From contig OZ024745.1 of the NCBI GenBank assembly GCA_964016885.1, forward strand, positions 29,574,001 through 29,638,000: DNA of 64,000 nucleotides. The letters are read 5' to 3'. The stretch is from Eledone cirrhosa (Eukaryota). Below are positions 14,541-26,998 of this stretch, in pieces. The translations under genes and the position numbers were made by a program. How positions within the stretch are numbered: the first letter of the stretch is position 1; each line of letters starts with the position of its first letter. The notes below the pieces were generated by a model. That model saw only the letters and a list, made by a program, of their open reading frames with translations, was not told the DNA's origin and ran no database searches.

Positions 14541-14864
14541 TTTTTTTTTTTGTGGTGTAAAAACGTTGAGGGTAGGTGAAAAAAATCACGCATACTATTG
14601 GAATTGAATAATCAAAACCGCAGCGGTATGATGTCACATATCCAATCTGTTATATATTTTATCTGATGAAAACGTACTTAATCACTATTGTACCTTTGAA
14701 ATATGTTTAAAAAATATACATTTTGATTCTGAGAATATTTTTCATTTATTAATATTTTGAATAATATATATATATATAGTAATAATAATAAATTTGAAGA
14801 CTAAAATCCAAAGAGGGCTCAATAAGGATAAATATATATCAAATATATAAGAACCGTAGAGCAA

Positions 14865-15020
14865 ATATTTATTAAAATAACAGATTAAAGTTTAAGCAAA
14901 GAATCGCTGCTTTCACCCTTAATGAGATCTTCTGAAACTAATCTAAGTTTCAGAAGATCCCATTAAGGGTGAAAGCAGCGATTCTTTGCTTAAACTTTAA
15001 TCTGTTATTTTAATAAATAT
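14865..15020. repeat. Near-perfect inverted repeat (75-bp arms, 6-nt loop)
   Basis: 14865-14939 is the reverse complement of 14946-15020, with one mismatch seen. Confidence 0.9.
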
Positions 15021-15030
15021 ATATATATAT

Positions 15031-17811
15031 CATCATTATCATCATCATCACCGTTTTACGTCTGTTCTTCCATGCTAGCATGGGTTAGACGGGTTGTTCT
15101 GTTGTGGGCAGTGTCTGGTCGGCTGACCATGCCTTGCTCATACAGGAACTGATTTTGGCTTGGTTTCTACAGCTGGATGCCCTTCCTAACACCAACCTCA
15201 TTTACAGTGAGTGCTGGGTGCTTTTTTCCGTGGCACCTACACATCCACTTTACAGTGTGGGCTGGGTGCTTTTTTGCTGTGGCACCTCCACGACTACTTT
15301 GCAGTGGGAGGGTGTGGGGCATATTGTCTATATGCTTCAGCTTGTACCCATGGGAGGTCGGGTACTCTGTATTAGTGTGTGATGCTAGAGGTCACGGTCA
15401 TCGCCTTTGAGAGGTGTAATTGGGTAAGGTCGGCTTTTATCCCCTCATCCCAAGTCTTCTTGGGTCTCCCCACTCCGCGGTTTCCATTGACTTCTAGTGC
15501 TCTGCACCTTTTTATGTAGCTGTTATCCTTCATACGCATCACATGTCCATACCAACGCAACCGCCTCTCCTGCACACAGCATTTGATTCCTCTTATGCTC
15601 AGTCTCTCTCTCAATTCATTTATGCTTTGCCGATCGCGTATATTACTATTACACATCCATCGGAGTATGCAGTCTTCGTTTCTTTCTAATCTACGTAAGT
15701 CTTCCACCTTCAGTGCCCAGGTCTCACTACCATGTAACATTGCTGTTCGGATACACGCATCATACAGTCTTCCTTTCATTTTGAGGGAGAAGCCTTTTGC
15801 AGCTAGCAGTGGCAGTAGTTCCCTGAACTTCTTCCATCCCGTTCTTACCCTAGTTATTGTACTTTCTGAATACCCACCTCCGCTGCTAATTCGGTCAACT
15901 AGATAGCAGAAGCTGTCTACTGTTTCTACAGAGCCCTCCCAGAGATTGGTGGTACTTGTTTCCTGTGGCTGTTTGCTGCTTGCTGTCCCAGCACAGCTGC
16001 TACATGTGAAGCCTACATTCTTAATTAAGCTTCCTGAGATCCCGCTACATCTCTTGTGTACCCATTGTTTGCATTTGGGGCAGAGAATGGAGTTCCTACC
16101 TACACCTTTCCTACATACTGAGCAAGGCCATTTCCCTGAGGGGATCTGGGTTCTGTTTTCTCGTCCAATTACAAGGAGCTTAGTCTTTGCCATGTTGACT
16201 TTGAGACCCTTTCTTTCTAGTCCCTGCTTCCAAGTTTGGAATTTCTTCTCTAGTTCTTCCATAGATTCAGCTATAAGTGCGAGGTCATCTGCATACAGGA
16301 GTTCCCATGGGAATCCAGTCTTAAACTCATCTGTTATTGCCTGCAGGACTATGATGAACAGGAGAAGACTAAGAACAGAGCCCTGGTGGACACCAACCTG
16401 TACGCTAAATTCCTCGCTATACTCATTGCTAATCCTAACTTTGCTGACTGCTCCCCTATACATGGCTTATACAGCTTTCACAAGCCATTCATCTACTCCT
16501 AATTTTCTAAGAGCCCACCAGATTATAGCACGGGGGACTCTGTCAAAGGCTTTTTCCAGATCGACGAATGCCAGGTAGAGTGGCTTACTTTTAGCTAGGT
16601 ACTTTTCCTGTAACTGCCTCACAAACCCAAATTGCATCTCATCTAATTTCACCCGTCCCTAATCAACTGTGCTATAATTCTTTCTGTTACTTTCATGACC
16701 TGGTCTATCAGCTTTATACCTCTATAGTTTCCTCTATCTAGTGGATCACCTTTACCTTTGTAGCAGTTGACAATGATGCTACTGCACCTTCTAGTATTAC
16801 CTGGTTAACAATACGTGTGGTTATAGTGTGACCTACAGACCCAGATGCCTTCAGCATCTCGGCAGCTATACGCGATGGTCCGGTTGCCTTCCCCATCTTT
16901 GTATCTTTGATTGCCTTACTTACTACACTCCTGCTGACTTGTACTGCTGGCCCCTCTATAGGGTCTACTTGGGGTAGGGTCTCTTCTTCTCTTGCATTCT
17001 CCTCATTTAGTAATCTATTATAATGACTCTTCCATGCATCTTTCTTCCCAGCACTTGTGAGGACAAGCTCTCCTTTATCATTCCGGATACACTTCTCTCC
17101 AATGACATCACAATTCTCTCTGACACACTGCCTCGCAATCTTGAACACCTCCTGTTTCTGGTCCTCACGTTGCAAAACATGCTTGAATTTTCTATCCTCT
17201 GCTAAGTATACTTGTCGCCTAGCTTCCCTCTTGGTCTCTATGTAATGTACCCTGCTTCCCCCGTTCTTCCATTCTTTCCATGCCTGTCTCTTGGCCTTAA
17301 CTGCCTCATCTACCTTATTGTTCCACCACCAAGTCACTCTCCTCCTGCTTGTGGTCTTACTCAAGCCACAGATCTCATCCGTCGCCTCTAGTAAGTTATT
17401 TTTTAGGAACTCCCAGTGTTCTTCTACATTGAATTCTCTATCTGTTCTTCTTTACTGTCGTAGGCATTGAGTAAAATATCTTTAAATCTGTTACTGGCTG
17501 AGGGGTCTTTCAGCTTCCAGATCTTTCTTCTCCAGATTGGCCTCTATTTCCAGGTTCGTCTAGTTCTGACCGTGAGGTCGCTGACAATTAAGCTATGTTA
17601 GGAGGTACATTCCTCACTAGGGAAGGCATTTGTGTTTACGACAGTCCATCTGTCACGTCCTCTGATGAGGAAAAAATCTCTCTGAATAGAATGGTCCCCT
17701 GATCTATAGGGGATCAAGTTTGTGTTACATATCAACATGTCATTGGCGTTGCAGAATTCTAAAAGTCTGAATCCTTCTTCATTTCTTGTGCCAACCCCAT
17801 GGCCTCCATGG
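15031..17811 (-). mobile_element. RTE LINE, 5'-truncated, decayed, with (GAT)n tail at about 15031
   Basis: Endonuclease part at 17598-17811 ([18 protein letters not shown]), WWWNNKV linker, RT (AFVDLEKAFDRVP, GVHQGSVLS, LLYADD), PHD-like insert, RRLRWYGHV. Flanked by (TA)n. Confidence 0.92.
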
Positions 17812-17890
17812 ACTATATATATATATATATATAGTCCAGAAATAGCCGTCGAAATGGCTTGAGCTCTGCCGTCGGGGTCAAACATTTTCC

Positions 17891-17962
<72 letters not shown>

Positions 17963-18105
17963 TATATACATATATATTATATACATATATATATATATGT
18001 ATATATATGTATATATATATATGTATGTATGCATGTATATATGTATATATTTATATATATATATTATATACATATTATATATATATGTGTGTCTGTGTAT
18101 GTATA

Positions 18106-18152
<47 letters not shown>

Positions 18153-18390
18153 TCATATATATACATATATATATATACACATTCAAATCAAATTATTTAG
18201 AACTACAAGTGAAGTCATTCTTTTCCTTTTTTTCAAATATACCTAACTGTACCATTTTCCAATATACATTCATACATATAGATATATGTACATATATATA
18301 TACATATATATACATATACATATATACATATATATATATATAGATAGATAAATATATATATATGAATGTATGTATATATATATATATATA
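17812..18390. repeat. Interrupted (TA)n/(TACA)n microsatellite region
   Basis: Direct observation. Confidence 0.9.
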
Positions 18391-18621
18391 TCTATTTCAA
18401 TCATTTTTGTTTGACCCGTTTAGCTTGTTCGCTTTTTTGGCTAAGGTGGTTAATGGCTTCTTAACCATCGTCTCAGTTTGTATAACCATTTTAACTTATG
18501 TTTATAGCTCTGGTATCTTCATATCCATGGAGCGCTTGTCTGCACAATACAAAAGTTGTGTTTCACTAATTTCTACCCGCCGGAATGCGATTCTTGCTAA
18601 ATTTATATTTGTATATATATA

Positions 18622-18954
18622 TTCATTTCATTTTACGTCCGCTTTTTCCCTGCTTGCAAGGGTGGGACGGGAACTGATTCTGGCTTGATTTCTACAGCTG
18701 GATGCCCTTCCTAACATCAACCTCATTTACAGTGAGTGCTGGGTGCTTTTTTGCCGTGGCACCTCCACGACCACTTTGCAGTGGAATGATATGGACCCCA
18801 GTCCTTATCATCTCATTTCTACAGCTGAGTAAACTGGAGCAATGTGAAATAAAGTGTCTTGCTCAAGGAAACAACACATCACCCGGTCTGAGAATTGAAC
18901 TCACAACCTTTTGATTGCAAAGCCAATGCTCGAACCACTAAGCCATGTGCCTCC
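18622..18954 (-). mobile_element. tRNA-derived SINE (family A), near full length
   Basis: Minus strand GGAGGCACATGGCTTAGTGGTTCGAGC (A box) ... GAGTTCAATTCTC (B box) ... GTTTCCTTGAGCAAGACACT ... RTE-like tail GGACGTAAAATG. Confidence 0.85.
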
Positions 18955-19044
18955 ATATATATATATACATATATACATATACGTGTTTTGCAACGGGTCA
19001 CTTTGTGGCTCAATGAAAAGTTAATAAATTAAATAATCAGAGCT

Positions 19045-19344
19045 ATATATCATAAAACATGTCTATAGAATCACCAGATAAAATATATACCATTTCCTCT
19101 CCCAATTAGCATAATTAACCATATAAAAAATCGAATAGACCAACCTATAAGAATAAGGCTTCTATGAAGAAATCTCCAACAAATAACCGAAACCAGCCCT
19201 TCGCGCCGTCTGCGACGGAATATTTATCGAATATTTCGACACCGTAATCGCCCAGATATACAGTCAATTAAACAGAATTAGGTGTAAAATAAACTAGAAG
19301 AAAAGAGAATACATTTTATCTGGTGATTCTATAGACATGTTTTA

Positions 19345-19352
<8 letters not shown>
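19045..19352. mobile_element. Element bounded by ~40-bp perfect inverted repeats (MITE-like or fold-back)
   Basis: ATATATCATAAAACATGTCTATAGAATCACCAGATAAAAT at 19045-19084 and its reverse complement at 19313-19352. Confidence 0.6.
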
Positions 19353-19417
<65 letters not shown>

Positions 19418-19593
19418 TATATACATATATAGTAATAATAATAAATAGTAATAAGATTAAATTCCGTAGAGCAAAAATTTATTAAAATAACATATATATA
19501 CATATATATACATATATATACATATATATACATATATATACATATATATACATATATATACACATATACATATATATATAACATATATATACA

Positions 19594-20177
19594 TCATCAT
19601 CATCATCATCATCATCATCGTTTAACGTCCATCTTCCACGCTTGCATGGGTTTGGATGGGAGTTTACCCACTTGAGGCAAGAGTGGGTGTCTTGCTCGCA
19701 TAGGACTGTCTGGCGGGTTTTCTACGGCTGGATGTCCTTAACACCAACCACGTTTACAGTGTGGGTCTGGGAGGTTTTTACCGTGTTACCTACATGGCCA
19801 CATTACAGCGTGGACTGTGTGTTTTTTTGTCGTGACAACTACATGACCTCATTTGTTTCGGACTGGATGTTGTGGTCCCAACATAACTTTACATTGAAAG
19901 GGGTGGTGTGGATGGGGTGGGGTAGTGGGATGTAGGTGTCACGACAAAAAAACACACAGTCCATGCTGTAATGTGGCCATGTAGGTAACACGGTAAAAAC
20001 CTCCCAGTCCACACTGTAAACGTGGTTGGTGTTAAGAAGGGTATCCAGCCGTAGAAAACCCACCAGACAGTCCTTTGCGAGCAAGACAACCACTCTTGCC
20101 TTAAGTGGGAAAATTCCCGTCCAAACCCATGCAAGTGTGGAAAATGGACGTTAAACGATGATGATGATGATGATGAT
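19594..20177. mobile_element. Two RTE 3'-UTR copies in inverted (head-to-head) orientation
   Basis: 19594-~19925 (-) and ~19930-20177 (+) both match the RTE 3' UTR at 13900-14222. About 250 bp are mutually complementary, and both outer ends carry (GAT)n tails. Confidence 0.85.
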
Positions 20178-20190
20178 ATAAACACACACG

Positions 20191-20292
<102 letters not shown>

Positions 20293-20450
20293 CATACATT
20301 CATATATATACATATATATACACACATATATATATATATACCTATATATACATACATATATATGTAAAAGGTAAACAGAAATAACAACACAATCGGTACA
20401 GTATATGGAAGGTATATATTAGGTTAACGCTTGATATAACAGGAAGAGGG

Positions 20451-20486
20451 TCTTAACGTTTCGGAAGCTAGTCCTTCATCAGAAGA
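20451..20486 (-). ncRNA. Minimal hammerhead-ribozyme-like motif (Penelope-type)
   Basis: Minus strand TCTT-CTGATGA-aGGActagctTCC-GAAACGTT-AAGA. The core is intact, stems I and II are short, and a palindromic AACGTT stands in for stem III. Confidence 0.55.
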
Positions 20487-20716
20487 AAGAATGAGAAATA
20501 AAATAGATTAGGGGGACGGGCGGGATGGAATTGGAAAAAGTCTCTTTAGATAAAAATAATAGGTCCATTCATGTTGACATCTCTTGCAAAATATATATAT
20601 CATCATCATCATCATCCTCGTTTAACGTCCACTTTCCATGCTAGCATGGGTTATATATATATATATATATATACATATATATACATATATATATACATAT
20701 ATATACATATATATAC

Positions 20717-20747
<31 letters not shown>

Positions 20748-20976
20748 TCATAACCCATTTAGTTGCTTCTTACAACACATAGAGTTATAGTGTGTCAGTT
20801 TAGAATAGGTAGACCATATCCCTGTATGTCTAAAAGCAACTAAGTCTTAGTGTCATGAGGAACATCTAACTGTGTGACATTCCAACCCATGCCAGCATGG
20901 AAGAGTTGACCTAAATTGATGTTGATGATGATGATGATAACTTTGTGTGTGTGTGTGTGTGTATATGTTTATGTGT

Positions 20977-20982
20977 TTTATT
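20977..20982 (-). terminator. Candidate polyadenylation signal AATAAA (a second one at 21041-21046)
   Basis: AATAAA on the minus strand about 150 and 210 nt past the stop codon. Position is the only evidence. Confidence 0.3.
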
Positions 20983-21192
20983 AAGCAACCTCCTCATCAT
21001 CATTATCATCGTCACCATCATCATCATTTTCATTGTCATCTTTATTAACATCGTTATTATCATCACCATGATTATTATCACTCCCATCTTCATCATCGTC
21101 ACTGTCACCATTACAGTCACCATTACCATCATCATCATCACATGTTGATACTGTGTACATTGATTGATGTGTGTCTCCTTTGTTCCATAGCC

Positions 21193-21362
21193 TCAACAAC
21201 CTGGAACATTAGTTGGGTAGTCACAGTAGTTTTGCTGTGGATTAAAGGCCGTCCCCACTGGACAGTTAGTAATGTAGTTGTGACCCCCACTACAGTGGAA
21301 GAAATTATCACATTGCTCTGGGTTTTTGTAGATTCCATTGGTCTTGTCAACACAGAAATCAT
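21193..21362 (-). CDS. Terminal coding exon: CBM14 / peritrophin-A (chitin-binding type 2) domain, probable C-terminus of a GH18 chitinase-like protein
   Basis: (D)DFCVDKTNGIYKNPEQCDNFFHCSGGHNYITNCPVGTAFNPQQNYCDYPTNVPGC* has six Cys in CBM14 spacing and the CPxGTxFN motif. It is preceded by the acceptor cccttctgtatgcag, in phase 1 matching the upstream exon. Confidence 0.9.
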
Positions 21363-21404
21363 CTGCATACAGAAGGGATAATAATAATAACAACAACAAC
21401 AGCA

Positions 21405-21940
21405 ATAATTAAGGTTTCTAATTTAGACACAAGACTAACAATTTGGTGGGGAGGGGAAGTCAATTAAATTGACCCCAGTGCATTACTGGTATTTTATTTT
21501 ATTGACCCTGTAAGGATGAAAGGCAAAGCTAACCTTGGCAATATTTGAACTCAATGTAAAGGGCCGTAACTCTGTGCCACAAAGCATGTTGTCCAATACT
21601 CTAACAAGTCAGCCATCCATTCTAATAATAATAATAATAATTGTTTCTACTTTTGGCACAAGGCCAGCAATTAACCAGTGCATTACTGGTACTTTATTTT
21701 ATCGACCCCGTAAGGATGAAAGGCAAAGTTAATCTCGGTGGGATTTGAACTCAGATCATACAGGGAGGTAACTCTATGCTTCAAAGCATGGCGTCCGACC
21801 CTCTACCGATACTGCCAATCCACTGCCAAATAATAATAATGGTTTCTAATATAGGCACAAGGCCAACAATTTTGGGACAGGAGAAAGTTGATTAAATCGA
21901 CCCAGTGTATAACTGGTGCTTTATTTTAATGACCCCATAA
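21405..21940 (-). mobile_element. Cluster of three tandem tRNA-derived SINE copies or fragments (family B) in the last intron
   Basis: Repeated GGCACAAGGCCA...ACTGGTACTTTATTTTATCGACCCCGTAAGGATGAAAGGCAAAG...ATTTGAACTC, separated by (AAT)n tails. Confidence 0.8.
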
Positions 21941-22892
21941 GAGAGGGGTTTACATTAATAAAGGGAAGATAAGTAGGTATAACACTAATAGTAATAAATA
22001 GTAATGATGACAATACAAAATTATTTTAAAAAGAAAAAATTATTATAAAAGTTAACTAGAAAACGTTCCCCAATTGGATGGAATTAATATTTAGAGTAGT
22101 TTAACCCCCCCCCCCTCTTCCACAAACCCCCTGGATTACTGTCACATCAAATGATTTGAATGTGCTCTCTCCTAGTTTCTTTCCTCTTGCTTAGAAATAC
22201 ATAGTCAGAGTCAGCTTGTTCAACCTCATCAATATCAATGTTCTCACCCATCTTCCATAAAAAATAATAACAACAACAGTAACAACAACAACAATAATGA
22301 AAGTGATAATATCTTTCATTTGTCACAAGTACTGAAGACCTTAGGGGACAGTTCAAAGGTAAAATACAATAAAAAATAAATCAAACAGGAAACATTGTTG
22401 AGAGAGCTGTTTGGAAATGTATTTACAGGCATACATAGAATACCTCATATTATGTAATAGTGTGGTGAATTGTATATCAACAGCAACATCCACAAAATGG
22501 CCATATGCATTAAAGAATATATCCATATAAAATAGAAAATATCTATAGATATGTTTTAAATCAATCCACCATCAAATCCACAGAATGAAAATTTAAGGAT
22601 TAATAAGAGTATTCATATAACAGACAGGAAATTAGCTAATTCAATACTACCAATTTGTATTTACTGCAAGCCTCCTATCCATGCTTATTTGAGCTGGTCA
22701 AAGCTAAAGTTAGTCTGTTTTCTTTTGATAAGAGCTTTTTAAACCAAAATACTGAGTGTGATTTTGTTGGAAGTATGACATTCATAAAGTATAACAATAT
22801 TAAAATCTAAATAAATTATGTAAACCTTTGAATTTGTTTCCATCTTTTTTCAAATTGCATTTTAGCAGCTTAAAAATAACATTTAAGTAATA

Positions 22893-22940
<48 letters not shown>

Positions 22941-23177
22941 TGCGTGCACGTGTGTGTGTGTAGACAAGGTTGACAAGTTGAGAAATCAACTTATTAAGAT
23001 ATGACAAGTGGATTTAAAACACCATGTGATATATCCGATGTATAATCCATAGGGTAAAGTCTCTAACAAATTAAATGAAAGTACTTCACAGAGCATTAGC
23101 ATTTTAATATATTGATGAACCAAGGATAATTGTAGGATAAATGAATTTATTCATGATGAATTAATTTATTCCGCATT

Positions 23178-23966
23178 ATACTCCCTCCACAACACTAATA
23201 TCAAGAAGTCTTCTTGTGAACGTGACCTGGGCATTACTGTCAGCAGCGATTTGCGTTGGACAAAGCACGTCTCTAAAATTGTTAAGAAGGCCGAGGGTGT
23301 CTTAGTATCACTCAGCAAGACCTTTGTCAGCCACTCTCCAGCTATCTATTTAAAGCTGTATATAGCTATGGTGTGGCCACACTTAGAATTTGCATCACCA
23401 GTCTGGAACCCCTATCTTGCTCAGAACATTGACCTCCTGGAAACTGTTCAGAGACATGCAACCAAGCGAAAACTTTCCATCAGGCATCTACCATACTCTG
23501 AGCACCTTGCTTCCCTGGGCATGGACACATTGAAGCTCCGACGTCTGGCAACTGACTTGGTAAACACCCACAACATTATTAACCATCTTGCCAACAACAA
23601 CTCTGAGCACCTTTTTGATTTCCATTTGTATAACACACGTGGGCATGCCCACAAAGTTAGAAAACAGCACATTTTTTCATGCTCAGAGTTGCTGAAGCAT
23701 GGAACAAACTACCTGCATCAGTTGTTAGCTGTTGAGACTCTGCATCCTTTAAGGCCTTCATGCTTCCTGAGATTCACCAACACTACACATGATATTCCCC
23801 CTCCATACACATGCACACATGTATATCATGACCCATACACTATTCACTTCCCTGACATTTGTATATTATTCTATGTACTATACATACACCTTTGATGAGT
23901 TGTAGTGCACCTGAGCACTGTACACAATAATTTCATTATTATTAATATTATTATTATTATTATTAT
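23178..23966 (+). mobile_element. CR1/L2-type LINE 3' fragment (same family as 1815-3258)
   Basis: ORF 23251-23895 is similar to 2620-3180. It ends with ACACAATAATTTC(ATT)n, as does the first copy. Confidence 0.88.
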
Positions 23967-24429
23967 CATCTTTGGTTCAATATTATATAAAACTATATAT
24001 ATGTGTGTGTGTACACATATATACATGACAGCTGTAACTCGATTTCGAGTAATGCCATTGCTTGAAACTTAAGCATGAACATCTTAGACGTGGCTTTTTA
24101 GTCCTGCTAGGGACTTGCCTATGGCCAGCAATACCATGCATCCCAAAAAAATGTCACATATCAAGCGATGCCAGTGCTTGAAGCTTTTTTAAGTGAGGAA
24201 AGGCTTTATACAGATTCAATATCACTCTCTGAACATCGAATACATTTGCTGAAAACGAACTGGTCTCCATCATTGGATGCAAACGATGTCACAGGTTTTA
24301 TATCAGAGTGACCTTCTCCTGTCTTAATGAAGACTAGGAGTCTCTCGCTCCACAAAATAAAAACAAAAAAAAACATGTATACTTACATTCATATATAATG
24401 AGAGAATGGGAGTTAGAAATTTGTCTTAC

Positions 24430-24488
24430 CAGCTGACTTCTCTGTCGTAGTTGTCCATGTAATGATCGGTGGTTGGTTAGTTATGGGT
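24430..24488 (-). CDS. Internal coding exon: Pro/Thr-rich linker upstream of the CBM14 exon
   Basis: tttaatgttgttctccacag|A CCC ATA ... TCA GCT G|gtaaga. This 59-nt exon encodes PITNQPPIITWTTTTEKSA. Its final G joins AT of the next exon to give an in-frame Asp. Confidence 0.78.
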
Positions 24489-24807
24489 CTGTGGAGAACA
24501 ACATTAAATAAAGAAGCTATAAAGATTATGTGGACATTTAAGGTGAATATATAGATAAATATAGGATGATGGCTGCTGTGGCATGATAGGAGAACTACAC
24601 GCACATATACATACATACATGAGTTTAGATGTGTCTTTGCACATATAAACTCATATATCTGATGAGATGTCAAAAAAGAGTTGGGCCCCAACACCTTGAT
24701 TGTACCCTGAGCTGATTGATATTGAAACGATTGCAATATGCAAATAAAGTTTGTACATATGCTGCAACACTGACTTCAACTCTTTTAAATCTCTCTCTCA
24801 TATATAT

Positions 24808-25192
24808 ATCATCATCATCATCCTTTCATTTTACGTCCACTTTTCCTTGCTTGCAAGGGTGGGACGGGAACTGATTCTGGCTTGATTTCTACAGCTGGAT
24901 GCCCTTCCTAACACCAACCTCATTTACAGTGAGTACTGGATGCTTTTTTTCCGTGGCACCTCCATGACCCCTTTGCAGTGGGATGATAGGGACCCCAGTT
25001 CCTATCATCTCAGTTCTACAGCTGAGTAAACTGTAGCAATGTGAAATAAAGTGTCTTGCTCAAGGAAACAACACATCACCCAGTCTGAGAGGGTGATGTA
25101 TTGTTTCCTTGAGCAAGACACTTTATTTCACATTGCTCCAGTTTACTCAGCTGGAGCAATGTGAAATAAAGTGTCTTGCTCAAGGAAACAAC
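24808..25192 (-). mobile_element. SINE (family A) lacking its head, with fold-back duplication of the core
   Basis: Matches 18622-18890. 25019-25081 is then repeated inverted at 25091-25153 and again forward at about 25151-25192. Confidence 0.8.
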
Positions 25193-25960
25193 ATATATAT
25201 AATGTTTTTGCGTGTGTGTATGTGTAGTATGTGTGTGTACTTTTGTGTGTGTAAACCATTATTAAAGCAAGAAAGACAAGGTATTAATGTTTTAACGTTT
25301 GAAATTCTAACTAAAGATGAAAGCCTTTGATTCACATTGCTATTGATACTTACATTATTGGGGGCACTCCATTGAGTGCCTGAATAATTGATTTCATTAA
25401 AGGGTAAGGTTCGTGACCAGAACAGATTCCAGAAAAGTCATCTAAATCTAGAGACCAAACAAAGATGCCACCAAGATTGTAATGCTTTGCCCAGCTCGCC
25501 TACAATATATGGAAGATGGAAACAGATTTACATATTAAATTGTGTATTAAACAATTGAAATAAATAATGTGCACCTGGTGCATTTTATCATTGTATTATC
25601 CTCCCTAGATCTGTTGACAATAACATGCATCAGGTGCACTCTTTATAGTGTAGGAATGTATGTAAGTGAGATTCCCCCCCTTCCCCAGCCTCTATGTGAA
25701 GTTAGTAGCTCCTATTAGATACTCATCTAACTCTTGTTAGCTGAAAAAAATCAGATATTAAATGATGATGACAATGACGATGGCGATGATGATGATGATG
25801 ATGATGAAGATGATGATGATGATGATGATGATGGAGGTGGTGAAGATTAGGATAATGATGAGGAGGAAGAGGTGGATATGCACATAGTATGTACATGACA
25901 CTTTTGATACCATATTTCAAATGAAATACACCACCTACATTTTACACCAGCTACATTTTA

Positions 25961-26724
25961 CTGTATATACTCATATACAAAATGAGAAAAAAATCAATTG
26001 TAAAATGGGTGGGGGCAACATATATTCATGAACATTATTTTACTGAGGGCGGTGGATTGGCAGTATCGGTAGAGGGTCGGACGCCATGCTTTGATGCATA
26101 GAGTTACGGTCCTTGCCATTCTGAGTTCAAATCCCGCCGAGGTTAACTTTGCCTTTCATCCTTATGGGGTCGATAAAATAAAGTACCAGTAATGCACTGG
26201 GAAATTGCTGGCCTTGTGCCAAAAGTAGAAACAATTATTTTACCGAGGTTAACTTTGCCTTTCATCCTTACGGGGTCGATAAAATAAAGTACCAGTAATG
26301 CACTGGGTTATTGCTGGCCTTGTGCCAATAGTAGAAACAATTATTTTTCCGATTTTCAACAACTTTAAAATTCTACGTAAATGAAGTGAATATTACACTG
26401 GCTTTACTTTCGACATGAAATTCGTTTTTTTTTTGTTTTGTTTTGAATGAATATGGACTTAAAAACGGTCGGAAATAGGAAAAAGAAAAATCATTATGTA
26501 ATGAAGTTGTGAAACAAACGACACTTAAAACATTTTAAATATCAAAATATTAAAACTTCATAAATATATTCTTCATTTATGAGAATTTCAAAACTGCACC
26601 ACTTAAACATAATACGTTAATTACCTGACTTGGCTTATAAATGGGGTTTCGATTTTATCCTATTTATCAGACATAAAACAGAAGGTTGACTTATATTCAG
26701 ATCAGCTTATAATCGAGTATACAG
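25961..26724. mobile_element. Degenerate pogo/Tigger-like (Tc1/mariner superfamily) MITE carrying a SINE insertion
   Basis: Left end TA|CTGTATATACTCATATA. Reverse complement of the right end is CTGTATACTCGATTATAAGCTGA. Subterminal GACTTATA/GCTTATA motifs present. TIRs are imperfect. Confidence 0.5.
26046..26342 (+). mobile_element. tRNA-derived SINE (family B) with tandem duplication of its 3' half
   Basis: GGGCGGTGGATTGGCAGTATCGGTAGAG head and GAGTTCAAATCCC B box. CCGAGGTTAACTTTGCC...GTAGAAACAATTATT occurs twice. Confidence 0.85.
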
Positions 26725-26998
26725 TTATTTTGTAAATAATCAATAATTTTAGAAATTTAGTGAAATAAAAAACCATATTAATAAGTAGATGTTTAGAACA
26801 TAAAAATATTCTCCCATAACAACATTTGAGAGTTAACTATTAACATCCTCTAATGATTTAGTAGAAAATATCTAAAAATATAAAATTTTGCAGTAAAGAT
26901 TATAATTTTCAATATGAGGCAGTCAAAATGTTTTCTACTTTTGAAGAATGTCTTGCGAATGAGGTTTAATGTAGTACAGATGATGAAGAGTTAAATGT

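Noticed and set aside
18880-18954. tRNA gene (also 26046-26140)
   Set aside because: A and B boxes are present but continue into SINE bodies, so these are tRNA-derived SINE heads.
20911-21199. Asp-rich or Met-rich ORFs after the CBM14 stop
   Set aside because: Degenerate (GAT)n repeat in the presumptive 3' UTR.
22147-22260. hAT transposase C-terminal remnant (ENIDIDEV...KRKETRR)
   Set aside because: The similarity is too short to support without a search.
25723-25745. Additional minus-strand exon after tttttttcag at about 25741
   Set aside because: Stops appear within six codons in all three frames and there is no good donor.
26894-26963. Plus-strand exon in each cassette (ttgcag|T-KDYNFQYEAVKMFSTFEECLANE|gtttaa)
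   Set aside because: Poor pyrimidine tract and weak donor, 70-nt asymmetric phase, a 1-nt deletion in cassette 9, and no plus-strand gene context.
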